DNA of 64,000 bases. Source: an uncultured Gemmatimonadales bacterium. Lineage in GTDB: Bacteria; Gemmatimonadota; Gemmatimonadetes; Longimicrobiales; RSA9. The notes below the pieces were generated by a model. It was not told the origin of the DNA. It searched no databases and saw nothing but the letters and a program-made list of their open reading frames with translations. The stretch is from NCBI GenBank assembly GCA_963798085.1, contig CAWCRS010000001.1, positions 32,001-96,000 on the forward strand, read 5' to 3'. Shown piece by piece: positions 1-10,455 of this stretch (position 1 is its first letter; the number at the start of each line of letters is the position of its first letter). Made by a program: the position numbers and the translations under genes.

Positions 1-1321
1 CCCAGCGTGGCGGGCCACAGTGCGCCCAGGTACTCACCCAGCGCCATGCCCGTGATGTCGAGGGCGACGAACAGGCCGGGCAGAATCACCAGCGTGTAGC
101 CGACCAGCCAGGCGACGCCCACACCGAGCGTGCCGAACCAGTGCGCCCCGATCCAGAACGCCGGCGGCAGCACGGCGAGTGCGAGCAGCGCGAAGCGCAT
201 CTGCTCGCGGGAGCGGCCGGTGTAGTTGAGCAATTGCGGAAACAGCGTGCTGATCGAGCGGACTGCAGCGCTGAGTGCCAGCAGTCGCAGCGGCACAATT
301 GCGCCTCGCCATTTCTCGCCCAGTGCAGCCAGCACGAAATCCTCGGCGACCAGCGCAATGCCCACCGCGAGCGGGAACGTCAGAAACGCGAGCCCCTCGC
401 TCAGCCGCAGCAGATAGCGGCGCAGCGCAGCCTTGTCATGCTTGACCTTGGAGAACACGGACGGCGTGACCTGCCCAACCATCGCACTGATGCGGTTCAC
501 CGGAATGCTGGCGAGGCTCCAGCCGAACGTGTACGCACCCAGCACCGCCTTGCCGAGCGACCGGCCGACGACGGCAAAGTCCGCGTTGCTGTACAGGTAC
601 CAGCTGATGCGCGACACGACAATGTGTCCGCCGAATTTCACGGTGTGCGAAATGGTGCGCAGATCGGAGGGCCACCGCAGCACGTGGGCTCGCCAGAACA
701 GTGCCAGCAGTGTGCCGGCCAGGCTGCCCGCGATCGCGCCCCACACGAGCGACCAGTAGCGATAACCGAGAAACGCGAGCGTCAGCGTGACAATGGTGGT
801 GACGATGGCTTCGCAGACGTCGACTGCGGCCACGCGTTTGAACTGGAAATCGCGCACCATGAGCGAGCGCGGCACTACGCGGAAGCCCATGGTGACGAAG
901 GTGACACCGAGAATGCCGATGATCGGGCGCACACCGGGCTCGCCGAAAACCCAGGAAACCGGAACCGCCGCGATCCAGGACAGGCCCCATATGCCGAGGC
1001 CCATGAGAATCGAAACGCCACCCAGCTGCGCGATCTGCTCGCGGCGCAGGGCATGGTCGTGAATGATCGAGGCGCCCAGACCGAACTCGCTCACCATCTG
1101 CACGAAGCCGAGATACAGCTGCGCCATCCCCATCAGGCCGAAGTCGGCCGGCGTCAGGATGCGCGCGATGATCAGCGTGGAGGCCCACGTCAGGATCTGC
1201 GTGGCCCACTTCATCCCCCCGTCCAGGCAACACCGTGGACGATGGAGCGATCGAGCTTCCGTTGTGAGTCGATGGACGTCTCGGGAGGCGGGAGCGTCGG
1301 TGGTACCGTTTCCGTCGTCAA
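1..1321 (-). CDS. wzx: Polysaccharide/O-antigen flippase (WzxC-like, MOP superfamily); runs off the left edge; 1-nt frameshift in a G-run at about 1215-1220
   Basis: Manual translation: TTG start after GGAGG, then ...RKLDRSIVHGVAWTG/(shift)MKWATQILTWASTLIIARILTPADFGLMGMA..., the classic 'ARLLTPxDFG' flippase start, followed by many TM helices. Not in the ORF track because there is no stop in the window. Confidence 0.85.
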
Positions 1322-1540
1322 GCAGCCTCCACCAGGGTTTCCTCAAGCCGTGTGATGCGCGGACTCAAGCAAGAGCAGTACCAGCCCGGGCAGTCCAGGC
1401 GACCCCATGACAGGCCGGTCATTCTGCCGTCCGCGATTCCCAAAGTCCAGTGCTGGCAGGCATTTGCCGGGCTTGCACCACGGTCGGTCGCGCGTGTTGC
1501 CGCCGCACCGAGCGTCGCGGCCGCAACGGCTGCACACGGC

Positions 1541-2221
1541 TCAGTGCGCGTACCACGCCACGAAATTGACGGCCATGTGCGACAACGTCACGTACGCGAT
1601 GCTACCCGTCCATTGCCGGGACAGTCCGGTCAGCACGAAGCCGGCCGCTGTGTAGCCCAGCTGGAAGACGAGCCATCCGGTGGACATGCTGCTCAGCAGG
1701 TTGGGCAGGTGCCACGTCGCGAAGCACACGGCGCCGGCGAGGAGTGCGCGTCGGACGCGCAGCCGGGGCAGAACGTATGCGGGGAAGGCGACCTCCAGCC
1801 GGCCATACACGAAGCCCATGAACACCAGGTCCTGCGCCAGAGGCGAGAGCAGCCACATCTCCGCGCTGGCCCCCGCGAACGGTCGTTCGTGCAGCTGCGG
1901 ATACACGAGCGCGGCCAGCAGCACAGGCAGACCACAGACGAGCAGCACGCCCTTCCAGTGCGCGCGGATGCTGCCGATGCGCAGACCCTGGCGGCGGGGC
2001 GCCGGCAGCGTGAGAGCCAGTCCGAGCGCGAGCAGGACGAGCGAGTGCAGCGTCGCATGACGGAGGGGCAGGACCTGCCGCAGTGCAGGACCCAGCGTGC
2101 GGACCGGCCATTCCCACTGCACTGCGACAATGGCGATGACCGTGGCAGCAAGCGCCAGCGCCAGCGCGGTGCCGCGTTGCGCGGGCTCGGGTGCTGCGGC
2201 TGCGACGGGATCGGGGCTCAC
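1541..2221 (-). CDS. CPBP/CAAX-protease (Abi/Rce1-like) intramembrane family protein with degenerate motif 1
   Basis: GTG start overlaps the upstream TGA. Hydrophobic helices; motifs CFATWH and HMAVN present; motif 1 reads AQDLVFMG rather than EExxFRG. Confidence 0.7.
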   Translation of the reverse strand: MSPDPVAAAAPEPAQRGTALALALAATVIAIVAVQWEWPVRTLGPALRQVLPLRHATLHSLVLLALGLALTLPAPRRQGLRIGSIRAHWKGVLLVCGLPVLLAALVYPQLHERPFAGASAEMWLLSPLAQDLVFMGFVYGRLEVAFPAYVLPRLRVRRALLAGAVCFATWHLPNLLSSMSTGWLVFQLGYTAAGFVLTGLSRQWTGSIAYVTLSHMAVNFVAWYAH

Positions 2222-3455
2222 GAGTTGCCGCGTGCGACCGTCGCCCTTGCGAACGCTTCGCGATGGGCCGGCGTCAGCGCATTCATCTCGAACACACTGA
2301 CGCCCGCGGCGCCGGCCTGACGGGCAATACCAATGGCGCTGGCGAGCTGATCGGGATTCAGATCCGGCAGGTAGAGCCCCGCGTGCAAGGGCGTGTCCTG
2401 CGACAGCGCGGCGACGCCTTCCTTCACGCCCGTGCCGATCCAGTCCAGGCCTTCGTTGTAGAAGCCGTGGTACAGCATGGGAAACACCGTGTCGACCGGC
2501 CACTGCTCCCACGCCTGGCGCACCAGCTGGCGCGCGATGGTGGGCGTGGGAAATACGGCGGCGCTGATGGGCTTGCTGCGCGCGTGCACGGCCTCGGCCA
2601 GCACGCGCACGAGACCGGTTACGCTGTTCCAGCGGAACTCACGCCAGTCGGCATCCGCGGTGGGATCGGCCAGCTTCAGCGGATCACGACCAGTCTGTGC
2701 GCGGAATGCAGCGCGGCAAACAGCGCAGTAGCAGAAGTCGAACTGCGGGTACTCCCGATCCTGCACGAGGTTGTACTTCGGCCACAGCCCGACGGGAAGG
2801 ATGACGTCGGAGTGTCGGACGTAATCGAGATGCACGCCATCCACCGCCGCATCGCGCGCCAGTGCGTCCACCACGCCGCGCAGGTACGCGCGCACTTCTG
2901 GCCGTGTCGGGCAGAGCCACTGGTAGTAGCTCACATAAGGCGGTTTCGTCAGGCTGGACTCGCCGCTGCGGCTGATGGTGAACCACTCCGGATGCTGCTG
3001 TTTCACCAGCGCGTCACCGCTGCGGTTCAGCGTCCAGATCCAGCGGTGGAACTGGAGCCCCGCGGCGCGCGCGGCGGCGGACAGAACGGCGATGTCGCCA
3101 TCCGCGACGAGCACGCCACCGACGCCAATGGCGCGCAGCTGCGCGAACCGGTCCTGCCACTCGGCCGCACTGCGCTGCCCACCCGCGCGCACCCACGTCC
3201 AGTGGTGCGGCAGCGCAAGGCGGGGCGTGTCGTCTGTACCTGAGGTGTGCGGCCCCGGTTGTGTGCGCCGTCGGGAGCGCGGGCGAGCACGCGCAGCCCG
3301 GGCCCGGGGCACCCGTCGGTCGAGCAGGGATCGCCCCGCCGTGTGACTAACAGCGCGCTTGCAGCACTGGCGAGGAAGGCGCGGCGCGAGAACTTCGCCA
3401 AACCGTCAGTGACGGTTTGCGGGTAACGATCCGTGTCTGCCGACATGGGCGTCAT
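2218..3455 (-). CDS. Tat-exported glycoside hydrolase-like protein (GHL10/DUF187 TIM barrel); apparent frameshift at about 3320-3350
   Basis: Catalytic body in ORF 2218..3312 (HPEW, WLCP, DGVHLDYVR, FPMLY). The Tat-like N-terminus FSRRAFLASAASALL, with ATG 3455 after GGAGG, lies in a different frame. Confidence 0.75.
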
Positions 3456-3520
3456 CGCCTGCCTCCACGATCGCGGGGCGGTACGCCGAATGGCCGGGTC
3501 GCGCGGGCGGTCGCCATTCG

Positions 3521-4618
3521 CTACCGCGCGCGCGTCGTGCGCCAAATGCGGCCATCATCGCGGATGTGCCAGGTGCTGCCGGCAGCCAGCCCGGCCGCGC
3601 GTGCGACGAAGAAGTCGCTGCCCGCCTGAATCTCGAAAGCGCGCGGTGCTTTCCAGTCACCACCGTCGAGACCCAGCGCAGCCAGGTCTGTGGTGTAACC
3701 ATCGTGTTCGCGAAACCACGCGTACTCGGCCAGATACACGCGGCGCAGCGCGCGGCGCACCGCTTCATCGGGCGGCGGCGTCCAGGCGACGGCGGGGCTG
3801 CCCGCTGTCGCAGCGCTGAACTGCACGATGCCCCAGAGCTCGGGACGGTGCATGTCGATCACGCCCTGCGGCGACCACACCCAGTTGTGTTCGGGCAGGG
3901 CCTTGCCGGTGCGTGCATCCGTACGCTTCGCGTAGCCGCTGGCGCGTACATCGACATCCCATTCGACGCGCGAGAAGTTGATGCGCCAGTACTCGCCGGC
4001 TCGCGGTGCACGGCGCTCCGGCGCCGCTTCGGAGAGCGCACTCCACGGCAGCGCCAGCTCGACGGTCCAGCCACGATCGCGATCACCGGGCCTGTTCAGC
4101 GTGCCCTGCACGCGCACCGCAGAACGCAGTCCCGCAATGTCCCACCCGTGCAGCGGCGGTCCACCATCGCGATACGGCTTGACCAGAAAGAGATCCCACA
4201 CTGTGCCCAGCGCGTTGATCTCCAGCTCGTAGTAGTCGTGCGTGTCCGCGTCGGGATCGATGAACAACTCGAAGTCGTTGTCCTGGAAGATCACCGCATC
4301 GCGCTGCGTCAGTGTGCCCCACACATCAGGCTCTTCCAGCTCACCCGCGACGTAGAGGTAGCGATCGTCCCATAACAGCTTCATGCGCGTGCGCAGAGGC
4401 GGCCGCGGCTGCGCACTCCCTTCAATGTCCACGAACGACTCGGACCACGCCGCCGCCTGCCATGCCGCATCGTCGAGGCTGCCATCAATGCTGGGCGGAT
4501 TCACGGCGCGTGTGCAGACATAATGGAGCGGCTCCGTGGCCTGGGCCGGCGCGGGCGGTCGCGCGGTGCCGGGCGCCTGGGCCAGCACCATGGTCAGAAG
4601 GAGCAGCGGGGCAGGCAT
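3521..4618 (-). CDS. Secreted CBM9-like (DOMON-like) carbohydrate-binding family protein
   Basis: Signal peptide MPAPLLLLTMVLAQA; motifs IDGSLDDAAW, KLLWDDRYLYV, DNDFELFIDP, WTVELALPW, WRINFSR, WVWSPQG..MHRPE.WG. Confidence 0.85.
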   Translation of the reverse strand: MPAPLLLLTMVLAQAPGTARPPAPAQATEPLHYVCTRAVNPPSIDGSLDDAAWQAAAWSESFVDIEGSAQPRPPLRTRMKLLWDDRYLYVAGELEEPDVWGTLTQRDAVIFQDNDFELFIDPDADTHDYYELEINALGTVWDLFLVKPYRDGGPPLHGWDIAGLRSAVRVQGTLNRPGDRDRGWTVELALPWSALSEAAPERRAPRAGEYWRINFSRVEWDVDVRASGYAKRTDARTGKALPEHNWVWSPQGVIDMHRPELWGIVQFSAATAGSPAVAWTPPPDEAVRRALRRVYLAEYAWFREHDGYTTDLAALGLDGGDWKAPRAFEIQAGSDFFVARAAGLAAGSTWHIRDDGRIWRTTRAR

Positions 4619-4671
4619 GTCGCCAAAGTTTACGCGCACTGGCAGATAGCGCCAGTTGCAATGCCGGCGTA

Positions 4672-4921
4672 CGGACACGTCCTGGCGTTCTTTCCTTTCG
4701 GCCGGGACGCGCAGGGGTGCACAGCGTACGGACCATCTTGGCATTCTTTCCTTCTGGCCGGGACCCAGGGGTGCACAGCTTACGGACCGTCTGCATTCTT
4801 TCCTTCTGGCCGGGACCCGCATGGGCGTGACCCAGGCGCGCAGGAAAACGGGGCGATCATTTGCAGGGGGGCTTCTGGCATGGCTGATTGTGGCGGAACC
4901 CAAGAATGCCAGGACGGTCCG
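4672..4921. repeat. Intergenic inverted-repeat element (MITE/REP-like), copy 1 at 4783-4921, preceded by two extra tandem copies of its left end
   Basis: Three units start at 4672, 4729 and 4783 (CGGACC(A/G)TCTTGGCATTCTTTCCTT-like). The inverted copy AAGAATGCCAGGACGGTCCG is at 4902-4921. Confidence 0.85.
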
Positions 4922-4982
4922 AGGCTGTATATCGCCAACGGGCGTCCACCGGAACCCTCGCTCCGCACGCGTGCGTTCCACG

Positions 4983-6047
4983 TCAGTGCCTGGCGCGATG
5001 CGGGTGCGCCTTGCCCGCCGCAACAGCGGCCGGGAGCGGTTGGCCGCGAAGCGTGCCGAGGTCGTCCCAGTCGGGCACCACGGCAACCAGTCCGTAGTCA
5101 GGCAGTGTGGTGTGGTATCCGGCCGTCAGCTGCAGGTGATAACGCTTCAGGTAGAAGTCGAAGCCATCGGCGGGGTCGGCGTCAATGGCCTGCAGCTCGG
5201 CCTGCACCATGTAGAGCTTGCCGAAGCGCAGCGTGCCGCCGCGCAATAACACGTAATTACGCGCGGCAACCGGGAGCGGCGGATCCGGAACAGCGGGCGC
5301 GTCCGGCGCGCCGAAGACCTGAAGCACTTCGTCGCCTTCGATCCGTACCTCCGTCAAGCGGCCGTGCAGCACAGGCGGCGGCAGGAACTGCGTTGGATCC
5401 AGCAGGATGTCGTTGCCATCCAGGCTGGCACCGGGCGCGTGGCGCAGGTCGACCAGGCTGGCCAGGTGGAGGCCCAGCCGCCGCAGCAGTCCGTCGCTGT
5501 CAATGCCGAGAATGCGGATGTCCGTGGGATGCGCGCGGATGCGGCCATCATTGCTAACACCAAGTTGTGCAGAAATGCGGAAACGCAGGTTCACCACCTT
5601 GTGCAGGCTGCCCGTCTGGACGATGTGGTCGCCTTGGATCCGCACCTTCAGGTGGCGCAGCGGGGCGCCTGGGTAACCGAAGGCGTAGCGGTTGAGCAAC
5701 CGTGTCAGGTCGTCTGCGGTCAGACCGATCTCTCCCAATGTGATGTCCAGCTCCATGTGCGCGGGATCATCGAGTGCCACAATGTGGCGGCCGGTGAGAT
5801 CACGCACGTGGCCCTGCAGGCGGTGCACGTGCAGGCGAGTCTCGTCGTCGATGCGGAACAGGACGTTGCGCATGGCGATCGCCACGACCGTGTCGCGCGC
5901 GGACGCCTCGGCCGGAGACGTGACGGGCGCAGGCAGCGGCGCGATCGGTTGGGACCGGTCATGCGTGCCTGCCGGGCGGCCCCCGTCGCAGCCGCCCATG
6001 TTCAGCGACAGCGCGCACAAGGCCAGAGTCCCGCCCCGGAACCTCAT
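4983..6047 (-). CDS. Hypothetical putative lipoprotein, beta-rich
   Basis: ORF with coding-like composition; N-terminus MRFRGGTLALCALSLNMGGC resembles a lipoprotein signal. Confidence 0.65.
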   Translation of the reverse strand: MRFRGGTLALCALSLNMGGCDGGRPAGTHDRSQPIAPLPAPVTSPAEASARDTVVAIAMRNVLFRIDDETRLHVHRLQGHVRDLTGRHIVALDDPAHMELDITLGEIGLTADDLTRLLNRYAFGYPGAPLRHLKVRIQGDHIVQTGSLHKVVNLRFRISAQLGVSNDGRIRAHPTDIRILGIDSDGLLRRLGLHLASLVDLRHAPGASLDGNDILLDPTQFLPPPVLHGRLTEVRIEGDEVLQVFGAPDAPAVPDPPLPVAARNYVLLRGGTLRFGKLYMVQAELQAIDADPADGFDFYLKRYHLQLTAGYHTTLPDYGLVAVVPDWDDLGTLRGQPLPAAVAAGKAHPHRARH

Positions 6048-6100
6048 GCCTTGCGCAGGGCGCAACTATCGGACCGCTCAGCGTCCTTCGTTGTCGCGTA

Positions 6101-6241
6101 CGGACCGTCTTGGCGTTCTTTCCTTTCAGCCGCTCCGGGCATGCGTGAGGCCCGCACACGCATGAAAACGGGGCACCCATGCGTGCGTGGGTATGCGGCA
6201 TGGCAGGGCGTGGCGCAACCCAAGAATGCCAAGACGGTCCG
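6101..6241. repeat. Intergenic inverted-repeat element, copy 2 (141 bp, 20-bp terminal inverted repeats)
   Basis: CGGACCGTCTTGGCGTTCTT (6101-6120) and AAGAATGCCAAGACGGTCCG (6222-6241), one mismatch. Interior blocks (GAAAACGGGGC, GGCATGGC, AACCCAAGAATGCC) are shared with copy 1. Confidence 0.88.
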
Positions 6242-6245
6242 TGAA

Positions 6246-9200
6246 CTATGAAATCGGCCGCCCCGCTTTCGTCACCACGAACGGGACCCCCAGGCGCTGG
6301 GCCAGCGCATTGATGGACGCGAGATCGGTGGTGATCAGTGTCTGGAGCTGCGCCAGATCGACCTGCAGCTCCTGCTGCTGCTCGACCCACACCTGGCGCA
6401 TGCCCTGCGTGGGCGCGCCGTCGCCATCGGTGACCCAGTTGTAAAGGGGTGTCAGACGGGAATAGAGCTGCGAGCCTTTCGCCAGGATATCGTACGTCAC
6501 GGTGGCATCGGGGTTGTGCATCCGTTTTTCCAATGAATCGAGGCGGGCGATGAGCGTGTCCGCGCGGGCGCGCAGCGGCGCCGCGTCGGCGCGGTCCTTC
6601 ACGGCCGCACTGCGGTCGCGCAGCTGCTGGCGGATGTCTTTCACCTGCGCCACCGCATCGGCCAGCTGATCCAGCGCGGCTTTCAGTTCACGGCCCAGCG
6701 CCTGCTGCGCCGCGCGGTCCGCATCGCTCGCGCTCACGCGCGGATCGGCGCGTACCACGAGCTGCGCCGTCATGCTCGTGCCCGCGACCGTGAGCCGCAG
6801 TGTGTACGTGCCGGGCGGCGCCCATGGCCCCACAGCCGGATCGCCGGTATCGATCATCGCATTGTGGATGCGCTGCGCGCCTTCGAGCCGCAGGTCCCAC
6901 ACCGCGCGCTGGATGCGCGCCGAGTCCGTCTTCAGGTCCGGCTTCGGTTCTTCTTCATCCTCGGAATGGCCATCCTTCGGTTTCGCGACGCTGCTCAGTC
7001 TGCGTACGACGCTGCCCTGCGCATCCAGCACCTCGAGCGTGACTTCGCCCGCCGGCTTCGACTTCAGCCAGTAATTGACGATCGCGCCGGCCGGCGGATT
7101 GTCGCCGGCCGGCTTCTCTCCGGTGCCACCCGCCAGCCGCCATTCGATCGCAGGCTGCGGCGGAAACAGGAACATGTCGTTAGCAGCCAGCGAGTCGCTC
7201 CACATGCGCACGGGCGTGAGGTCATCGAGGATCCAGATGCCGCGGCCGTGCGTCGCCAGCACGAGATCGTTGTCCTTCACGACCAGGTCGTGCACGGCCA
7301 CAGTCGGCAGATTGAGTTTGAGCGGCCGCCACGTGCGGCCCTCATCGGCCGAGTACATCACGCCGCGCTCCGTCCCCAGGTACAGTATGCCTCGCCGCGT
7401 CGGGTCGGCGCGCAGTGCGTGCAGGTACACGTCCTGCGGCAGCCCGCCGTCGAGACGCGTGAACGACTTCCCGTAATCCGTGGTGCGATAGAGCCAGGGG
7501 TGCATGTCGTCGAGCCGGTGCGCGTCCACGACGATGTACGCGGTGCCCGCATCGAAAGGCGATGCCTCGATCAGACTGACCGTACCCCACTCCGGAAAAC
7601 CGGGCATGGCCTTCGTGACGTCGGTCCAGGTGCCGCCGCCGTCGCGTGTGATGTGCACGAGGCCGTCGTCGCTGCCCGCCCAGATGAGTCCCGCCTGCAG
7701 TGGCGACTCGGCGACGGCGAAGATGGTGCCGTAGTACTCGACGCCGGTGTTGTCGCCATTGATGGGGCCACCCGACCATTTCTGCTTCGACTTGTCGTTG
7801 CGCGTGAGATCCGGACTGATGGCCTGCCACGTCTGTCCGCCATCGCGCGTGCGGAACAGCACATTGGCCGCGTGATAGATGACGTTCGGATCATGCGGCG
7901 AGGCGGCAATGGGGGCGGTCCACTGAAAGCGGTACTTCGCGTCGATGTCGCCGTGGCCGCTGGGATTCTCGGGCCAGGCGCTGATGTTGCGCGCACTGCC
8001 GGTCTGGCCATCCCAGCGCGTGATGATGCCCAGGTACTCGCCCGCAAACACGATGTTGGGATCGTCCGTGCGCGACACCACGAAGCCCGCCTCGCCGCCA
8101 CCCACATCGTGCCAGTCGCCGGCCGTGATGCCGCCGCCCTTCAGGCTGTTGCTGGGTCCCTGTGCCGTGCCAATGTCCTGTTGCGCGCCCTGCACGTCGT
8201 AGGGCACACGGGAGTCCGTCGCCACGTGATAGAGCTGGCCCAGCGGCATGGGCGGCCAGTACCAGGACTCGCCGCCATCCACGCTGATGCTGACGCCACC
8301 GTCGTGGCCCACGATGATGCGCCTGGGATTATCGGGATCGATCCAGGCGTCGTGATTGTCGCCGTGCGGCGCTTCCTTCACGATGGTGAGCGTGCGCCCG
8401 CCGTCGATCGTGTGCACCAGCGGCACCTGCGGGAACCAGACTTCGTCCGCGTTCTGCGGGTTCACGGTCAGCGAGGCGTAATACCACGTGCGCTGCGTCA
8501 GCAGGTGCGAGGGACTGATGCGGTTCCAGCTGTCGCCGCCATCGTCGGAGCGGAACAGTCCGCCACTGTCTGCCTCGATGATCGCGTAGACGCGGCGGCC
8601 GTCGGACGGCGCCACGGCCACGCCGCTCCGGCCCCACACGCCGGCCGGCAGGCCCTTGCCCGTCAACTGCGTCCAGGTGTCGCCCGCATCGCGTGACATC
8701 CAGAGCCCGCTGCCCGGCCCGCCGTCCACCAGCTCCCAGGGCCGGCGCCGGGTCTGCCACAGCGTCGCAAATACGATGTTAGGATTGGACGGATCGAGGG
8801 CGACGTCGGCTGCGCCCGTGTCCGGGTCCTTCTCCAGGACCTGCTGCCAGGTCCGGCCGCCGTCGATGGTGCGATACACGCCGCGCTCCGGATTGGGGCC
8901 GAAGGCGTGACCCAGCACCGCGGCAAACGCCGTGTTGGCATCGCGCGGGTGCACCACGATGCGGCCGATCTGGCCTTCCTGCGTCCACACGTGCGTCCAG
9001 GTCTTGCCCGCATCCAGCGACCGGTAAATGCCATTCCCTGCCGCCACATTCCCGCGAATGTTGGCCTCGCCCGACCCGACGTAGATGACGTTCGGGTCGG
9101 ACGGCGCGACGGCGATCGCGCCAATGGACGAGATGGGCTGGTCGTCGAAGATCGGTTTCCAGGTGAGCCCGCCGTCCTGTGAGCGCCACACGCCGCCCGA

Positions 9201-9446
9201 TGCGCTGGCGGCGTAATACGTGGTTGGATCGCCCGCAATGCCCTGCACGCGGCTGACCCGCCCGCCCTGGAACGGGCCGACCAGCCGGTACTGGAGACTG
9301 TCGAAGGCGACCGGCTGTCGCGGGAGTGCGGCGGGCACCGTTGGCTGTGCCGCCGGTTTCGCTGGCCCTTTCTTTTGTGCGTCGACGCGGCCCGGGATGA
9401 AGAGGACCAGGAGAGAGATGGCGACAGTGGCAAGACGCGTCTTCAT
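6246..9446 (-). CDS. VPS10/sortilin-like BNR (Asp-box) repeat glycosyl hydrolase-like protein, secreted
   Basis: 1066 aa; signal peptide; YRLVGP..GGRV; many S/TxDGGxTW Asp-boxes; LATHGRGIWILDD; helical C-terminus. Confidence 0.9.
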   Translation of the reverse strand: MKTRLATVAISLLVLFIPGRVDAQKKGPAKPAAQPTVPAALPRQPVAFDSLQYRLVGPFQGGRVSRVQGIAGDPTTYYAASASGGVWRSQDGGLTWKPIFDDQPISSIGAIAVAPSDPNVIYVGSGEANIRGNVAAGNGIYRSLDAGKTWTHVWTQEGQIGRIVVHPRDANTAFAAVLGHAFGPNPERGVYRTIDGGRTWQQVLEKDPDTGAADVALDPSNPNIVFATLWQTRRRPWELVDGGPGSGLWMSRDAGDTWTQLTGKGLPAGVWGRSGVAVAPSDGRRVYAIIEADSGGLFRSDDGGDSWNRISPSHLLTQRTWYYASLTVNPQNADEVWFPQVPLVHTIDGGRTLTIVKEAPHGDNHDAWIDPDNPRRIIVGHDGGVSISVDGGESWYWPPMPLGQLYHVATDSRVPYDVQGAQQDIGTAQGPSNSLKGGGITAGDWHDVGGGEAGFVVSRTDDPNIVFAGEYLGIITRWDGQTGSARNISAWPENPSGHGDIDAKYRFQWTAPIAASPHDPNVIYHAANVLFRTRDGGQTWQAISPDLTRNDKSKQKWSGGPINGDNTGVEYYGTIFAVAESPLQAGLIWAGSDDGLVHITRDGGGTWTDVTKAMPGFPEWGTVSLIEASPFDAGTAYIVVDAHRLDDMHPWLYRTTDYGKSFTRLDGGLPQDVYLHALRADPTRRGILYLGTERGVMYSADEGRTWRPLKLNLPTVAVHDLVVKDNDLVLATHGRGIWILDDLTPVRMWSDSLAANDMFLFPPQPAIEWRLAGGTGEKPAGDNPPAGAIVNYWLKSKPAGEVTLEVLDAQGSVVRRLSSVAKPKDGHSEDEEEPKPDLKTDSARIQRAVWDLRLEGAQRIHNAMIDTGDPAVGPWAPPGTYTLRLTVAGTSMTAQLVVRADPRVSASDADRAAQQALGRELKAALDQLADAVAQVKDIRQQLRDRSAAVKDRADAAPLRARADTLIARLDSLEKRMHNPDATVTYDILAKGSQLYSRLTPLYNWVTDGDGAPTQGMRQVWVEQQQELQVDLAQLQTLITTDLASINALAQRLGVPFVVTKAGRPIS

Positions 9447-9906
9447 GGAGGCCTCGGTTACATGGATGCGCAGATCGTTCGTGCAGGCACTGCTGCTGCG
9501 TATTCGCAGATGCGTTCCTGCGACGACGCAAGTCGGTGTCCGCGCGCGCGTCAGTCGACAGGCGCGCCGCCCGCGCGCGACGGCGCCGGATTCCCCGTTT
9601 TCGAGATACAGCGCACGACGCGGTTCCGAAAGCGGAAGGGCTCAGTGGCAGTGGCCTCGACAGTGACGCCAGGAGCCGCAGCAGCCGTCTCCGCCTTGCA
9701 CCGGACGGGCCACGGAATCAGCGCGCAGTCAGCACAATGCACTGCCCGCGAGTGCGCGGCCACAGCAGGCTGGCCGGAGCCCGGGCACCTGGCACCCGCG
9801 ATCGAGCCTCCGCACAACGCCGTCGGAGCTGCTCGGTGAAGCCCTCACAGCGGCCCACGCATCACCGTCCGCATCGGTTGTGCCCGCACGGTTTCGTCGC
9901 ATCTTT

Positions 9907-9927
9907 TCCACTCACCGGGTGAGTGGA
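9907..9927. promoter_or_regulatory. Perfect palindrome overlapping the padR ribosome-binding site; candidate PadR operator
   Basis: TCCACTCACC-G-GGTGAGTGGA, ending 3 nt before ATG 9931. Confidence 0.55.
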
Positions 9928-9930
9928 GAG

Positions 9931-10262
9931 ATGAAAACGACACCTTCCGAATTGCTGCTGAGCACGGTCGATGTCCTGATCCTGCGGGCGCTGGCGGCGG
10001 AATCAATGCACGGGTATGCGATCTCGCGCTGGCTGGACCAGCGCAGCGGGGGTGCGCTCGCCGTGGATGGCCGGCGTTGTACCAGGCGCTGCATCGTCTC
10101 GAGCAGCGCAAGCTGGTCGTCGCGTCGTGGGGGCTCTCCGAGAACAACCGGCGCGCCGGGTTCTATGAGCTGACGCCGGAGGGCCGCAGGCGGCTCCGTT
10201 CGGAGTCCGCTGTCTGGCAGCGCTACGCGGACGCGGTGACGCGCGTGCTGAGTCCGGCTTGA
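9931..10262 (+). CDS. PadR-family transcriptional regulator; frameshift at about 10070
   Basis: MKTTPSELLLSTVDVLILRAL..MHGYAISRWL in one frame continues as LYQALHRLEQRKLV..WGLSENNRRAGFYELTPEGRRRL in another. Confidence 0.85.
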
Positions 10263-10270
10263 GAACTTGG

Positions 10271-10455
10271 ATGGCATCGAGGCGACCCAGGCTGTTCCGA
10301 TTCCCGGGGCGCTCGCGCGACGCGATCGCGCGTGATGTCGACGCCGAGCTGCAGTTCCACATCGACGCGCGGACAGCGGACCTTTTCGCGGAAGGCTCGA
10401 GTCCCGAGGCGGCGCAGCTGCAGGCGAGGGAGGAGTTTGGCGACATCGAGTCCGC
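10271..10455 (+). pseudogene. N-terminal fragment ('permease prefix' domain) of a duplicated orphan ABC permease (ADOP)
   Basis: RDVDAELQFHIDARTADL..EGSSPEAA...AREEFGD directly after padR; similarity then stops abruptly. Confidence 0.7.

Noticed and set aside
4672..4830. Possible CRISPR array (also 35697-35860)
   Set aside because: Units are similar along their whole length with no unique spacers, only three copies each, and no cas genes are in the window.
4783..6241. Composite transposon carrying gene 4983..6047
   Set aside because: No transposase and no visible target-site duplication; the two copies are diverged internally.
9447..9900. Long intergenic region as a possible ncRNA or riboswitch
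   Set aside because: No recognisable Rfam-type motif by eye; no tRNA or rRNA seen anywhere in the window. A covariance-model search would be needed.
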